From: Haliotis cracherodii
Lineage: Eukaryota
Reading direction: 5' to 3'
Assembly: GCF_022045235.1 (NCBI RefSeq)
Contig: NW_027266297.1
Span: 68,076,001 to 68,140,000, forward strand
DNA length: 64,000 nucleotides
Numbering within the stretch: position 1 is the first letter of the stretch; every line of letters starts with the position of its first letter. The notes under the pieces were generated by a model. It was not told the origin of the DNA. It ran no database searches and was given only the letters and a program-made list of their open reading frames with translations. The translations under genes were made by a program, and so were the position numbers. Positions 49,301 to 61,276 of the stretch are shown piece by piece.

Positions 49301-52247
49301 GATATTATGAAGTGAAATACCACAAGTGAATGAAATCCCTAAGCAATGGTATTAAACATTTTTATTCCTAAAATTAATGATACGATAAGTTGATTTCCGT
49401 GTTCCCTTTGAGCTCATTATGTCTATATCTATATTAGATCCTTTGTAGAAAATCCAATGACTTCGTTGAAGAAGTTATTGTTGCTTCATATCATGTGAAT
49501 TTCTTACTCCTGTCTGCTGATACTGATGATCATCCTATTTTGCATTATTGTGCTTGGATTTATTAGTATAACAGTGTTTAGCATGATGCGTACGTCTTTA
49601 TCTTTTTGTACCTGTTAGGATTAATGAAGAGATTTCAAAGGCACTGATTAACTATTCCTCCCTCCCTCCTCCAGGGCAATATCCGACAGTTGTTGGGTAA
49701 GCACAGTGATATGACAGAGACCGCCAGTGAGACAACAGATCTGCAGATGAAGCTGCCTGACTCCACTCAAGGGGACACAATCCTGCCCAGTCTCCCTGCC
49801 ACACCCAGTAGCAAGGCCTCAGGGTCTGGCGGACCTGCACACGCACTTCTGTCTCACTTACAGTAAGTGAATATCAGATACAACTACAGAGCTTGGTTGT
49901 TGTTTGTAGTATGATTTGAGTCATGGTGTACTGGTACTTGTCAACTCTTTGCTCCAAGAATCTGCTGGTCATGGCATTACCTTCAGGTGGACCTGATTAT
50001 GATTCTTAGTCTGCCTGCACCATGTACATCTTGTTGGCATGTCTCCTAAGGTCATGTTTTTTGTGACGAGTGGTTGTATCATTCAGTGCCAGTTACTGCT
50101 GCATCTTTACTTGTACAACTCTGAGACTGGTCGTTGCTGCATCTGAAAACGTTGTCCTGATAAATTTCCAGTCATGGAAGTACCATATTTTCTTGGGTAT
50201 AGTGCACCCTTTTTCCCCCAAAAAACACAGCTATGTAGAAGGTGGTGCACATAAAGCATGCAATAATGAGTTTTGATGTTTTTTCTCCCCAACGCAAGGA
50301 CATTACCGTGATCATGTAACATCGGAAATACGATGTCAACAAATCCGCACTAAAGTATGCACATTTATTATGTAATTACACTGTCTGTTTATAAAAAGTG
50401 TCCATTTTATATCTGGACTTATGTTTGTATCTTATTTCGTTAATTTAATACAAAATTCCTTTTAATATTGTTTTAGTTAATTAAGGCAAAATCGGGTGTG
50501 AAGCAATCGGAAGATTGCACACCTCATCGTTATTAACAGCAACCACGATCAGATTACCGCTATTGACGTCTTGAAACAAACTTTAGTTGACAGAGAATGG
50601 ATACATATATCATAAATGCCATACTTTGAACCGTTAAAAGTCATATTTGTTGTTGTTTGACGATTCTATTTCAACATGAGATCATGTGAGCGGGAGCCTC
50701 GATGGTGATTGGTCAGATAACGGCAATTATAATCAGCTGCACCATAGTGCTACGCGTAGGGTTCTTATTATTTTGAATATATTTAATTAAAGCTGACACT
50801 AAAATAACATGATATTGGAATATATTATTCCTAATAAAAAAATAGTTGCAGGTACAATTTTCCCGATCCTTGCATTAAATCCTTTAAAGATATATCATTG
50901 GGTAAGTTTTAACCGAATCACCAGCAGAATCCAAGAAAACGTGTACAGATGTTTGTTGTTTCCGTCTTAGCTTACGAGAAAATACACAAGATAATCCTAA
51001 TCCCTGGATGTGAAACAATGCCTAGCAGAACAAAAATACAATTTAAACGGTAGATCAACATGTCTGGTGATTTTGTATGTCAAATTTCAAATTTGTACTG
51101 ACCAAGTTTCTTATCACCTGTTCGTTTATCGTAATTCACTGAAGGGGTCTGGTGTAATTTTTTTCTGCGCATAATATACAAATATTTATTTTTAAAAATA
51201 CTGAATCCGCTAGAGGGGCGTGCGCATTATACTTGGGTGCGCACTGTACTCAAGAATATAAAGTAATGTTTTTTATACTGGAAGCATTTTGTCGGACTTT
51301 AGGAACTCTGAGCAAAAGGCGGTGATGGGGCCACTTTTGTTTTTGGAAGTACTTAAAAATATCTAGAGTAAAACTGATGAGTCACAAATATGACCAATCT
51401 CATATTTGTTTCCAGGTTGAGAAATGGAGCCGACACAACCTTCATCCCCCGCATCAACTATCTGTCCATGATGCTGGACTCTGACTCCGACACATCCATG
51501 GAGATCAACGCCATGGCTCTCAAGTACCTGAATGATGAACAACTCACACAGCTGGGCAAACTGAGAAAGAACTCCCTCAACCTTCCCAAACCGGTATCCC
51601 AGAATGCACTGCTGCGAAGAGTCCTCATGTCGGACACCACCATGTCCCCAGATGTGTCACAATATGGTATGTCCTCCAACAACGTTACCATGGGAACACG
51701 GAGGTATTTAGAGAAATATGGCTTGTTGAACTCCACTAATGGTACAGATGAAACTGTAACTGATGAAACGCTTCAGTTAAAGGTAGACTACAGTATAGCA
51801 GCTTCCCCAGATCGATTAAGAGGGGACAGTCAACTCAATGTAGCTTCCCTAGCAGGCCGCTCAAGGGACCACAGCACAGATGTAAGAAGTCCATTATGTG
51901 AAAGGACAAACAGAGTTGACAACTACTCAGGGTATTCCAGTAGCAGTAATGGGTCAAAGAGTCCTATCAAGAAAGACTTTGTGGCATACTCGCCGTCACC
52001 TCGAGACCCAAGAAGGCATTATCCAACATCTCCAATAAAGCGCCATGTATCGCCTCAACATACGGTCCACAGAGAAGAGGATTCCTCACCAGGGTTACCC
52101 AATCATTGCAGGCGGTATGAGGAGCCTCTGAACCAGCATAGATACCCTAGCACGAACACTAGTGAATTTCAAGTGTTTAATACAACAGAGACAACAGACA
52201 ATATTCTAGACATAGATAAACTTAGGCAAATGCCAAAGCTGTTATAG
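34204..52247 (+). CDS. STIL: SCL/TAL1-interrupting locus protein (centriole duplication factor, SAS-5/Ana2 family), about 1386 aa; join(34204..34322,34879..34983,36732..36844,37600..37703,38602..38664,39148..39395,39855..39938,40232..40318,40704..40851,41379..41488,42055..42148,44779..46493,46984..47065,48680..48748,49675..49862,51416..52247)
   Basis: 16 GT-AG exons total 4161 nt in one open frame. Conserved blocks: N-terminal domain ([26 protein letters not shown]; [12 protein letters not shown]; [21 protein letters not shown]), CPAP-binding PRxxPxP ([11 protein letters not shown]), central coiled coil ([26 protein letters not shown]), STAN domain ([20 protein letters not shown]...[11 protein letters not shown]) and C-terminal TIM ([14 protein letters not shown]). 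Confidence 0.95.
34468..34722. mobile_element. hAT-like MITE
   Basis: Perfect 12-bp TIR CAGTGCTTGACA / TGTCAAGCACTG; TSD not clean. Confidence 0.7.
34879..34983 (+). CDS. STIL: STIL coding exon 2
   Basis: [35 protein letters not shown]. Confidence 0.9.
35225..35441. repeat. 71-bp tandem repeat, 3 copies
   Basis: TGTTTATGACTTACTGCCACGATTGGTCAAATATTTG...CACAACTATTGGCACCAGTA starting at 35225, 35296 and 35367. Confidence 0.9.
36732..36844 (+). CDS. STIL: STIL coding exon 3
   Basis: [37 protein letters not shown]. Confidence 0.9.
37600..37703 (+). CDS. STIL: STIL coding exon 4
   Basis: [35 protein letters not shown]. Confidence 0.88.
38602..38664 (+). CDS. STIL: STIL coding exon 5
   Basis: [21 protein letters not shown]. 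Confidence 0.85.
38719..38999 (+). mobile_element. SINE family C with 12-bp TSD (STIL intron)
   Basis: TCCTTTTAAGAG at 38707-38718 and 39000-39011. Confidence 0.9.
39148..39395 (+). CDS. STIL: STIL coding exon 6
   Basis: [13 protein letters not shown]...[32 protein letters not shown]. Confidence 0.92.
39855..39938 (+). CDS. STIL: STIL coding exon 7
   Basis: [28 protein letters not shown]. Confidence 0.93.
40232..40318 (+). CDS. STIL: STIL coding exon 8
   Basis: [29 protein letters not shown]. Confidence 0.92.
40704..40851 (+). CDS. STIL: STIL coding exon 9
   Basis: [49 protein letters not shown]. Confidence 0.92.
41379..41488 (+). CDS. STIL: STIL coding exon 10
   Basis: [36 protein letters not shown]. 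Confidence 0.85.
41731..41937. mobile_element. Penelope-like terminal fragment inserted as an inverted repeat, 13-bp TSD, carrying a variant hammerhead motif
   Basis: 80-bp arms 41732-41811 and 41819-41898; TSD CATGTTGATGTAG at 41718-41730 and 41938-41950; UGC-UUGAUAA-A-stem II-GAAACGUC-GCA at 41817-41856. Confidence 0.8.
42055..42148 (+). CDS. STIL: STIL coding exon 11 (PRxxPxP motif)
   Basis: [31 protein letters not shown]. Confidence 0.87.
42242..44650 (+). mobile_element. Decayed DIRS1-like tyrosine-recombinase retrotransposon in STIL intron
   Basis: Gag-like DHHPLCLDC...CHFC (about 42830); RT fragment FQMTTL...[14 protein letters not shown]...FYIDDCLL (43099-43449); YR fragment [22 protein letters not shown] (about 43590); ITRs 42242-42342 and 44534-44606; ICR 44350-44428. 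Confidence 0.88.
44779..46493 (+). CDS. STIL: STIL coding exon 12 (large, P/Q/S-rich, coiled coil)
   Basis: ORF 44779-46530 cut at donor AG|gtgggt 46494; contains QPMVPEVSL and the coiled coil. Confidence 0.92.
46984..47065 (+). CDS. STIL: STIL coding exon 13
   Basis: [27 protein letters not shown]. Confidence 0.83.
48680..48748 (+). CDS. STIL: STIL coding exon 14
   Basis: [23 protein letters not shown]. Confidence 0.83.
48830..49132 (+). mobile_element. SINE family C with 9-bp TSD (STIL intron)
   Basis: CTTGTGTTT on both flanks. Further copies at 55706-55890(-), 63960-64000(-) and a degenerate one at 46677-46830. Confidence 0.88.
49675..49862 (+). CDS. STIL: STIL coding exon 15
   Basis: [15 protein letters not shown]...HALLSHLQ; ccag|...|gtaagt. 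Confidence 0.83.
50183..51265. mobile_element. pogo/Tigger-like non-autonomous DNA transposon
   Basis: Left end TACCATATTTTCTTGGGTATAGTGCACC is imperfectly complementary to right end GTGCGCACTGTACTCAAGAATATAAAGTA. Confidence 0.55.
51416..52247 (+). CDS. STIL: STIL terminal coding exon (STAN and TIM domains)
   Basis: PRINYLSM...[12 protein letters not shown]...KYGLL...[13 protein letters not shown]. Confidence 0.95.
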
Positions 52248-52267
52248 TAATGGCTTTTTTTAGGTTC

Positions 52268-53334
52268 AATAAATAAATTATTTAGATTAGAAAAATATAT
52301 TTCTCATACTCAAATATAACTGTGATATCTATTATAGTTAATGTTTTTATTGGCACAATATTATGATTACATAGATATTTTGTCTTAGGATATTATCTAT
52401 ATGAATAGAATCACTTAAATACTAGGTAGACTGTACGAAGAACACTCCTTTCAGCATATGGTTCGAAGTCTTCGTCAAAGTATCGAATGATAAATGTATT
52501 TGTAAGCATTTTCTGAAAAGGCCATTTTCCAAAGATAAAATATGGGCTTCCAAAACTGCTTGTAGACTAAATGCAAACACGGTTGATAATCACGTTTAGG
52601 AGTTTGTGTGCTTGTTGGATGCAAGTGTTCCTCAGACTTTTGACATAAATTGATATTCTCACTCTTTGTCGGAGGTAGGTGTGCATGTGATCAATATGGA
52701 AGATGTGTGACAGAAAGGATGTTTTAATTGTATATTTTCCTTGACTGTGATATTTTTCTATTCAGATATTATGTGCATTGGTACTTTGAGTGTCTTTGTG
52801 TGTTCAGTAGTTACGGCAGTTGAAGTCCCTTCTTTCATGAAATTATACAAATGGAATAAGGATTACTCATGATACACTACATCTGATATCTGAAATGATA
52901 TTAACAAGCAGGCCTTTAGTACTTCTGTCCCAGCTCTGCCTGCTGCCACTCTATGGAAGGCCTTGAGTTTGTCATTTAACGTAAGTAATACTCTCAAATA
53001 AGGGAAAGGTGTTTTGAAAGGCTTCATTATTGATGTATGTTGAGATAAGTATTACAATTAGTATTACATCGCGTCAGATAGCAAGTATCAGGACTTTCTG
53101 TATTGTTGCACGTCCAGAAAATATGAATGTTTAAGTCATAATTCACTGAAGAATGTTTGTTTTTGAACTGCCACATTGACAATTTTGATAAAGTATGTTC
53201 ATAGTTTTGAGATGGTTCTCACATGTTCAACGAATGTCAGCGATTTCCTCCATGACTCACAGGCCAGATATATGTAGATTTGTTTTTAAATGTTTTATAG
53301 TTTTGTTATGTACATAACATCCTAATTTAATAAA
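52268..53334 (+). terminator. STIL polyadenylation signals (proximal AATAAA 52268/52272, distal AATAAA 53329)
   Basis: AATAAA hexamers downstream of the stop; the distal one is followed by a U-rich tract. Confidence 0.5.
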
Positions 53335-53744
53335 TTATTTTAATATTACCTTGTCTTTTATTTCTCTTTTCCAGAGATTTTAAGTGGAAATTCTGTTGGT
53401 GAAGATTTTGTGTGCTGGAGTATTCCTAACCATTGTTCTACACCACTAAAGCTTTAATTTCATAGGTCAGAATTCTAACTGTTGATCAAGTCAGGCCTGC
53501 TCAATGAGTTACTGAACTTGAATGGTCCCAGGAAGTTTACATTGTGGGAAGGTGAATGTATTCTTACATGAGAGTGACTACTGCCACATGTCACTAACAT
53601 CCCCCAAATAGTAACCCCTATTTAGCATACAATTCATTGTTATCCAAAATACGCTTTAGCACTCTTGGGGTGGAGAGAGTGGTCAGTGAGGAGGTAACTG
53701 GCTGGTCAACCTATCCTTGCAGCAAAAACCAAAGAGTATTGTAT

Positions 53745-54835
53745 CACACTCCGATGAATCTGATTTGTGTTTGTCGACAATCGGGTCAGTGTCGGGCGTG
53801 ATCCAATGAGGCGAAATCGATCGATGAAGGAACTAAGCTCAAAGCTTAGTTCGCCATCGGACGCCATTTCCGGTCGCAAATCGAGTCAGTGTCGGATGAA
53901 TGTCGTGTCAGTCCGATGTGTGTGTGTCAGAATCGTGGTGTGCAACTATCGGACGTGTCTAACAGACGTCTGACAGCAATCGGATGAGTGTCCGATAATT
54001 AACAGTCATCTGACGCTCATCTGATTGCAATCTTCGGTCTGCCCTACGCGCCTGATAGCAGCCCATCAATTCAATTCTCATCGGAGAAATCGTTGGGACA
54101 TTGAAGGGTAATCGCTCATTAACTCAACTGCCATGTGACACATATCGTACTACGAAAGGAGGGTCAGCCGACACTCACTTCGCAGATTTTCATCGGACAC
54201 TACAGCACCAAGATCCTGAAGATGGCTCCAAGAAAGAACAGGAATGTTGGAGGACAGAAGGCAAATGAGAGGCCTCCCAGCACTCCTCAATCTCGACTGC
54301 CAGAAGACTCCTCTGTGCCTCCTCCTGAAGATGCAGAGGCGGAGGATAGGCCTATTCAGGCCCCAATCACTGCTCAGCCACACGGCTCTCCCTGCATCTT
54401 GTTGCACAGTTTGTTGCTGGAGCATAAAAATACAGCCCAGGGCTGCAGCGTTGCGAAGAAGTTGATCCATGTCTAGTACTGTCAGGGGGTGCAGCCCGCT
54501 TTTATACTCGACTGTTGATTTTGGCGACAAACCCGGTATTGGGTCAGTGTTCGATTACTCTACGATTGGTGTCTGGAGAGTGTTGGAACTGTCAGATTAG
54601 TGTAAGGTCACCCTCGAATTACAATCCGACCGCAATCGGATCGTTTGGCCACCGCCGATGAAAATGGCATACAGACATGGGGCCGCCACCAGTCTATCAT
54701 CCGATTACCTCGATCAATGTTGGATCTCTATCGGATTTTATGGAAAACGGGGACCCAATAAAGAGGATGTCGGGCGAACTTTCATCAGAACTCATGGGAA
54801 CGCTGAAATGTTTGCAAAATTGGGATCAGTTGGGC
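53745..54835 (-). mobile_element. CpG-rich transposon relic, possibly PIF/Harbinger-like
   Basis: Abrupt CpG-rich island with many TCGGA/CCGA subterminal motifs. Minus ORF 54150-54530 has a Q-rich, then RRRHRGVFW segment reminiscent of Harbinger transposase N-termini. No catalytic domain or clean TIRs seen. Confidence 0.4.
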
Positions 54836-56442
54836 TTCAGATCAGGTACCAATGGTCAGTGGAATGGGGGTATTGACCACAAGGCTACCCGACCTCCCCG
54901 GGACACTGATCTGTCAGGACACACAAGCTCATTCTAGTTGGTACAAGCTTTGGCTGCTGTGAACCTATGTGCCCCAAGCTCTGTAGCACTGTGGACTAAT
55001 GCGAGATTAACAGAACTGCCCCAATTCGTGTTTTTCTGTCAGAGCTTTTAAGCCTTGATGTTAATCTCTCATAACCTCTAATTTGCCAGCAGCATGAAAG
55101 AATAATCAAAACAAGCATCCGGCAAATCTGACAGAATTTTTGCATATTTTTGGGATGCCAGTAAAGAAAAACCTAGCCACAACATTTTAGGAGCAATTGA
55201 ACAAAGTTTGCACATACACTGAAAACTTTTACAAATGGACATGTCACATTCTATTAAACATGTAGACATGCTTCCATTATACATGCGTAAATAGCAAAAC
55301 TGAAAGAGCTTCAGATACATCTTTGCCCCACATATGTTTAATTGATCTCAAGGTAAATTCTAAGAAAGACAAACTCCACCTCAACAATCTATGATGATTG
55401 TTCCTCAACTTAAAAAGTAAAGTCATTCGATTGTCATCAGCGAACCCTTCAATAGGATCCTATGTTGTACTATCCTATGTTGTACCCAAATACAACTCAA
55501 AATGTTGTGGAGACAACACAAAGGCAAGGGTTTCTCTATCATTTGAAGAGTAATTTTTCCTGGGCCTTCTTTGAGAAGTAGCCCACTTAGTGGTCAATGC
55601 CATTTTGTATCTTCCACACCACCAGCACTAATGTCACTTGGATCAACTACCAGCTTAAATGTTTATCTAAGACCTGGTGTTTTCCAGAATGGAGAAATCA
55701 TGAAGAGTGAGTGAGTTAAGTTTAACGCCGCTTTTAACAGTATTCCAGTTATATCACGGCGTGTCAGCTTAATGTGGGAGGAAAGCCCGAAGTGATGCAG
55801 GTTTCAGACGTTTACCACTTCGGTGAAACCCACGAGCACGGGTATGGTGCTGACAAGCCTAGAAACATAATCGGGGCCGACAGTGCCCCCTAAATATTGA
55901 ATAGGACACGCTTACCAAAGCTACCTGGTAGTAGCCAGCAAATTAGCGACCGGGACTTGAGGACTTGGGTCATCCCTCCACACAACTATTGATAGAGCAA
56001 ATGGGATTTGTTTGTTGTTGTTTAATGCCGCACTCAGCAATATTCCAGCTATATGACGGCGGTCTGTAAATAATCAAGTCAGGACCAGACAATCAAGCGA
56101 TTAACATCAAGAGCATGGATCCATGCAATTAGGATCGATGACATGCATCAACAAAGTCAGCAAGCCTGACCACCCGACAGTATTTCAGTTATATCATAGT
56201 TTAAAAAATATCTGGGGAAAAAAGCCAACATTGTCACTTATCAAATTCACAAGAACTATTATGGTGCTGAAAAAGGCATATGGTCGGGGAGCATCTGTGC
56301 ACTTTCTCTGCGAGTGGTCGGGGAGCATCTGTGCACTTTCTCTGCGAGAGAAAATGACATTTGTTTGCAACAAATATCTGCTAATACGACATCAGAGGAC
56401 ATGCAACACATAACACACACAACAAGTATCAGTAATAATACC

Positions 56443-56448
56443 TTTATT
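56443..56448 (-). terminator. Probable MED26 poly(A) signal, implying a 3' UTR of about 2.8 kb
   Basis: AATAAA on the minus strand, at the end of a repeat-free AU-rich stretch running from the MED26 stop. Confidence 0.45.
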
Positions 56449-59221
56449 GTTCCTGCATTTCACAAGAACAAAACAAATTGTGTCATCACTCCACAAAATA
56501 ATCAACATTTATAGAATTTTATAGAAATTTAATGCAAATTATACACAGGCTGATAGATGAAATGATGAGGACAGTTACAATCATAGTAATATGAATGACT
56601 CTTCAAATAGTACATTTCTGCCTCCCAAATACCAAGAGGTGTTAAAGGGACGTCACCACTTCACTCTTCCATTCATCATCGCTTGCACAACTCTTACACC
56701 GTGGCCCAGTGACAGGTCACATGACTAGATGCACAGTGCTACCTTTTTACCATAATCTAGGTCACTCTGCAATTCTCTCATCAGGAAGTGCGTAGAAATT
56801 GTGACAAGAAACAAACATAATTACATGTAAAATATTGCTTGAGTTAAGCATTATCTAAATTATGCAAAAATAGGTAAATGTACATACACTTACATATTTT
56901 GAAAATATATTAGAAACCTTTGAAAGTAAGAAATAAATATGAACATAGGACAAACTACCAACACGCTATTCCAAGACTGCAAAAATATCTTCAATAATTC
57001 ATGGCAATGGCCAATTTGTTAACAAAATAAGTTTTTGATTTATGATTCCCACATAAAAAGGTGCATGTTTTGTCATTACAAAAAAAACAGCAGCATACAA
57101 TATGCCTTTGCAATCCAGTCAACATGTACAGCTAAAAAATCACAGAGAATTATTTGCAAACACATTTTCAGAAACTAGAAAGTGCCAAGCTAGCATGGCT
57201 AAGTGTAAACAAAATAATTCAATATGCATATTTTCAGAAAACAGTAATATGTTGCACATTTTCCACTTGTGGTATGAAACAGTTGTCATTGCACGATTCA
57301 TGTTACATTCTAGCTGGCTTGCACCCCAATCTAAACCTCAAGTTCCGTAGATCATGTTGCATAGATATTAAACAAGTAGTATTTTGTTTTCACATAACCA
57401 GCAGTTACAGGTCCACTAATTAAACACAAGGAATACGACTACAGTCTCTACTTCTCCCATAAGTCCCACTAGATCCAACTGTAAACGATCACTACACCTA
57501 GGTGTACTCTGTGTATTCAAGTTGTGTAAGGATCTTCCTATTGTACTGTCATTTTGATATTCTGCTTTTACAAATAGAAAAAAAAGAACCAGAAGAATGC
57601 ATTCATACAAAGTTTAGTTGACAGTGTAAACAGGGATTTGTCAACATGATCAATATCATACCACTAATTTGGATGAGCATCTGACAGGTGATAATTCTTG
57701 AAATCTAACTTGATGAAATCTCATGTTTTGGCCACTGGAAGTATGACAACACAATGTACGCACTGATGTCAATGAAAGTGAAAATATTCAACAAATATGA
57801 CCCAAAAAATACACTTCAGTTGTCAACCGAAACTCAGCACCAATAGCTGCATGCTGGCAAGATTAGAAAACTCTCAAACTTTGCAGACATCGGATAAACT
57901 GGTGCACATTTCCCAGTACTGTATTGTATTTTTAAGCCCATTGTTGTTATAGTCCCACTTCTAGCTATTTTTTTGTATCACAAATAAATTCTTTTTTGAC
58001 AAATGATTGTATCAGTATACCTTTCTGAAGACTTTGTAAATTGTAACTTACCCTATTTCTCCCCGTATCTAGACCAAAACTAAAGACATAAAAAATATGG
58101 CATATGACTGAGCTGGAGAAGATAGTCGGGGGGGAAATGACCAGCTGAAATCACAACATATACTGTGTGTAAAACAAAGCCTTGCAGAAATCAGAAGGCA
58201 AAATGCAAAACTTGACATGTAACCTATTTGCTTTAAATAGTTTTATGTTTCAATGCAATCTCCAGAAATCAACCTGTGTTCCACATGCAAAACATAACAT
58301 TGCTTAAAAAAATTCTAAAAAAAAAATAAAAAAATAAAATAAGGGATCATGAACATATTTGGTTATACTTCTGTGTGGTGAAGACTGAGCACACAATGTC
58401 CCAAAATGCCGCAAAATATTCACAAACCCCAACATTTTTGTTTTGTTCAGTACACACTCATTCCCCCCCACAAAGCACCCTGTTATATTTTCCCGGTACA
58501 AAACTCTTCCAGACTTATTTTTAGTGACTACTACTAGTCTGAATCAAATTTGAAATTTGAATGCTACTACTTGAAAATATCCTGTTCTGAAGTTGTTTGT
58601 ACAATGAGGACTAAAAATTATTTATAGGTACAAAAGTTCTGTGCCATGTCCACTCATAGTATCACTGGACAAGTCAAAAGCAAGAGTCAGTAAGTTAAAG
58701 ATCATAACGGATTTCAATTTCTTATGTCTTTGGCTATAATTACTCTCAAAGATCGCTATATTCACATAAAATTAAAAAATAACAATAACTTGTGAACCTT
58801 CCTTCTATAACACGGGAACAAAGGATCAGACTTGATCTGTATTCGTACCTGTGACAATCCTGAGTTTTCATTTGCAGATCAACATGAACATATTCTTGAA
58901 CAGTTTACAACAGTGGTGTCATATTATTGAAAAGAAAATGGTGAAAAGTAGACAGCTGTGCACAGAACAGATACTGTTTGGTTGTGACTCGCATCATGCA
59001 TCATTATCCTCCCTTGAAACAAACATGGAATGCATTAGGGAAGGTTATTTTTTGTCCATGGTCATACCAAAAAGAGAACCTACCTATGAAGATGAACAAA
59101 AAGTCACCCTAAACTGATATGCATGATTTTGGCCAACAATCCACACAAACAAGTACAACAAAGTCAACGGGTTTCAAGTCGGAGAGGTGAGGGGATATAA
59201 AAAGGCAGCACTGTTACATAA

Positions 59222-61276
59222 TCAGTCATCTATATTGACATAGGGCAAGATGTGCAGTAGAGTACCATCATATGCTGAACGAGACAAAGTCTGTGACCAA
59301 TCATGCCACACCCCATCCACATCATAACATCCATTCACATTGTCCCACTCCTGGGAGTGCAAACGTTCCACTTCACATTCTTTTCCTGCTGTGGCTTCAC
59401 CTAATGAATATTCATGAGACTCCCAATCAATGCTCTCTGCATCAAGGGGAGGCAACAGTCTTAGTATTTCTTCAACACTTAATTGCTTCTCTGCCATTTT
59501 GGCTTCAATACCATTTTCAGTTTTAACCTCGCTGTTCGAGAAACGTGTATGATTATCTGCATTAACACTGAAGGAGTCACCCAAGCTATCATGATGGGCT
59601 TCTCCAAATGAATGCGAGGAATTCATTGGAGATTCATACTTATTCAAACGATCATCTTTAAATGGACTGAGTTGGTCAGATGATTGGTTGACTGAGGATT
59701 GGAGGAACTTTTGAACCATCTCATTCTTTGTCTCACTGAGTGACATTGATGATGGAGCATCTAGAAGAGCCAGGTTCTCACTACTCATACTGACACGTTT
59801 CTTGGGTCGTTTCACACCAGGTGGCAACACAGAACGAGGTGCATCCACCTCTTTTTCTATCTGATTGCTCTTAAGTTTATTCATGATATCATTACCATAG
59901 CTGGTACTACCAGTCCTTTTTTGAAGCTCATCAATCAACTCAGCGGTGGTTTTGACCTTAGGAGGTTTTGAAGCCTTTGCAGAGTCAGATTTTGAATTTA
60001 AATGTTTCTTTGATATATGATGACGAGATGCATCAGTTGTATCAACTGGGGAAACAGGTGACAACTCCCTGCAGCCCCTGGAATAAGTTAACGATGTAGC
60101 ACTATTTGATCTATCAGGGTCCACTTTATCGCCCTTGTGATGTTTATGAAAGCCTACAACCCCATTTATTGTAGGATCCCTCTTATCTTTTGAAAGACTT
60201 GAATTGTCAGTTTTTGGCTGTTTCTTAGGCACACTTTGTGGGCTTTTGGTTCGTGTCCTTTTTCTATTTGCAACATTTGTTTTTGAAATGTCACTTTGAT
60301 CCTTTCTTGAGCCTTTATCACTAGAATTCGAAACTGAAAACTCAGTGGAATGATTTGATTTACGTGCGAACACTTCTGAACTGTCCTTGTCCGATTCACT
60401 CTTTCCTTTGCCCTTGAATTTAGAATTTGAATTATTCTTCTCTTGATCATACTGCACTCCTGACAATGGCGTGTTTGGCCAACTTGAGTTTGAGTCCTCG
60501 TTATTACTTGGTGTTACAGGGCGAGAACCTAAACAAGGAGTATGGGCACGACTACTTGGGGTTGCTGGACGGCCTCCCAATGATGCTGAGGATCGTTCTG
60601 GTTTTGGTGAACGAGTTTTTGGACTGTTAGTGTTCTTGGTGTTGAGGCTAGAGTGTGGAGAGTCCATAGAGGCATGCTTGAGTGCTGGGCTGTTGCTGCG
60701 GGAGTTGTTGCCAAGTACTGGAGATGCTCGGGACCCTAGGGTAAGGTGGGAGAGGGTGGGTGTAGTGGATCTCCCACCACTTAAAGCTTGAGATGTCCTG
60801 CCCATTAGTCCCGGGCTACTGCGAGCAGTTTGTAGGGATGGAGTGGATGGCTTACCACTGGAGGGAGTGCTTTTTAGGCCTGGACTGAGACGAGAGGCCT
60901 GTAATGTTGGGGTGGCAGGTTTGCCTCCCCTGAGGGCAGGGGAATTGCAAGCACGGGGGCTCCCTTTAGCTATCTGTGGTGTGAGAGGCTTGCCCCCAGC
61001 CAGAGCTGGAGACATGCACTTTCTGCCTGCATTAGAGTCACTGTGAGAGAGTGCAGGAGAGGAGATGCCACCTTGCCGACCTGTCCCCTGTAAAGCCGCC
61101 ACGCCCCTATGCTGGGGTGGGGTCACTACCCGATCTCCATTAACTGCTTGTTTAACATCAGGATCAGGGTTAAGGAGTTTCTGCCAGTTGCGCACCAGCT
61201 TCTTGGCCCTCTTTGCCAACTGTTCATTTGTTGTTTTCTTCCTAAGTTCATTAATATGCTTTCCAATTCTTGTTTG
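59222..61276 (-). CDS. MED26: MED26 terminal coding exon
   Basis: ttttcag acceptor at 61277; long ORF to TGA. Confidence 0.94.
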   Translation of the reverse strand, partial: QTRIGKHINELRKKTTNEQLAKRAKKLVRNWQKLLNPDPDVKQAVNGDRVVTPPQHRGVAALQGTGRQGGISSPALSHSDSNAGRKCMSPALAGGKPLTPQIAKGSPRACNSPALRGGKPATPTLQASRLSPGLKSTPSSGKPSTPSLQTARSSPGLMGRTSQALSGGRSTTPTLSHLTLGSRASPVLGNNSRSNSPALKHASMDSPHSSLNTKNTNSPKTRSPKPERSSASLGGRPATPSSRAHTPCLGSRPVTPSNNEDSNSSWPNTPLSGVQYDQEKNNSNSKFKGKGKSESDKDSSEVFARKSNHSTEFSVSNSSDKGSRKDQSDISKTNVANRKRTRTKSPQSVPKKQPKTDNSSLSKDKRDPTINGVVGFHKHHKGDKVDPDRSNSATSLTYSRGCRELSPVSPVDTTDASRHHISKKHLNSKSDSAKASKPPKVKTTAELIDELQKRTGSTSYGNDIMNKLKSNQIEKEVDAPRSVLPPGVKRPKKRVSMSSENLALLDAPSSMSLSETKNEMVQKFLQSSVNQSSDQLSPFKDDRLNKYESPMNSSHSFGEAHHDSLGDSFSVNADNHTRFSNSEVKTENGIEAKMAEKQLSVEEILRLLPPLDAESIDWESHEYSLGEATAGKECEVERLHSQEWDNVNGCYDVDGVWHDWSQTLSRSAYDGTLLHILPYVNIDD

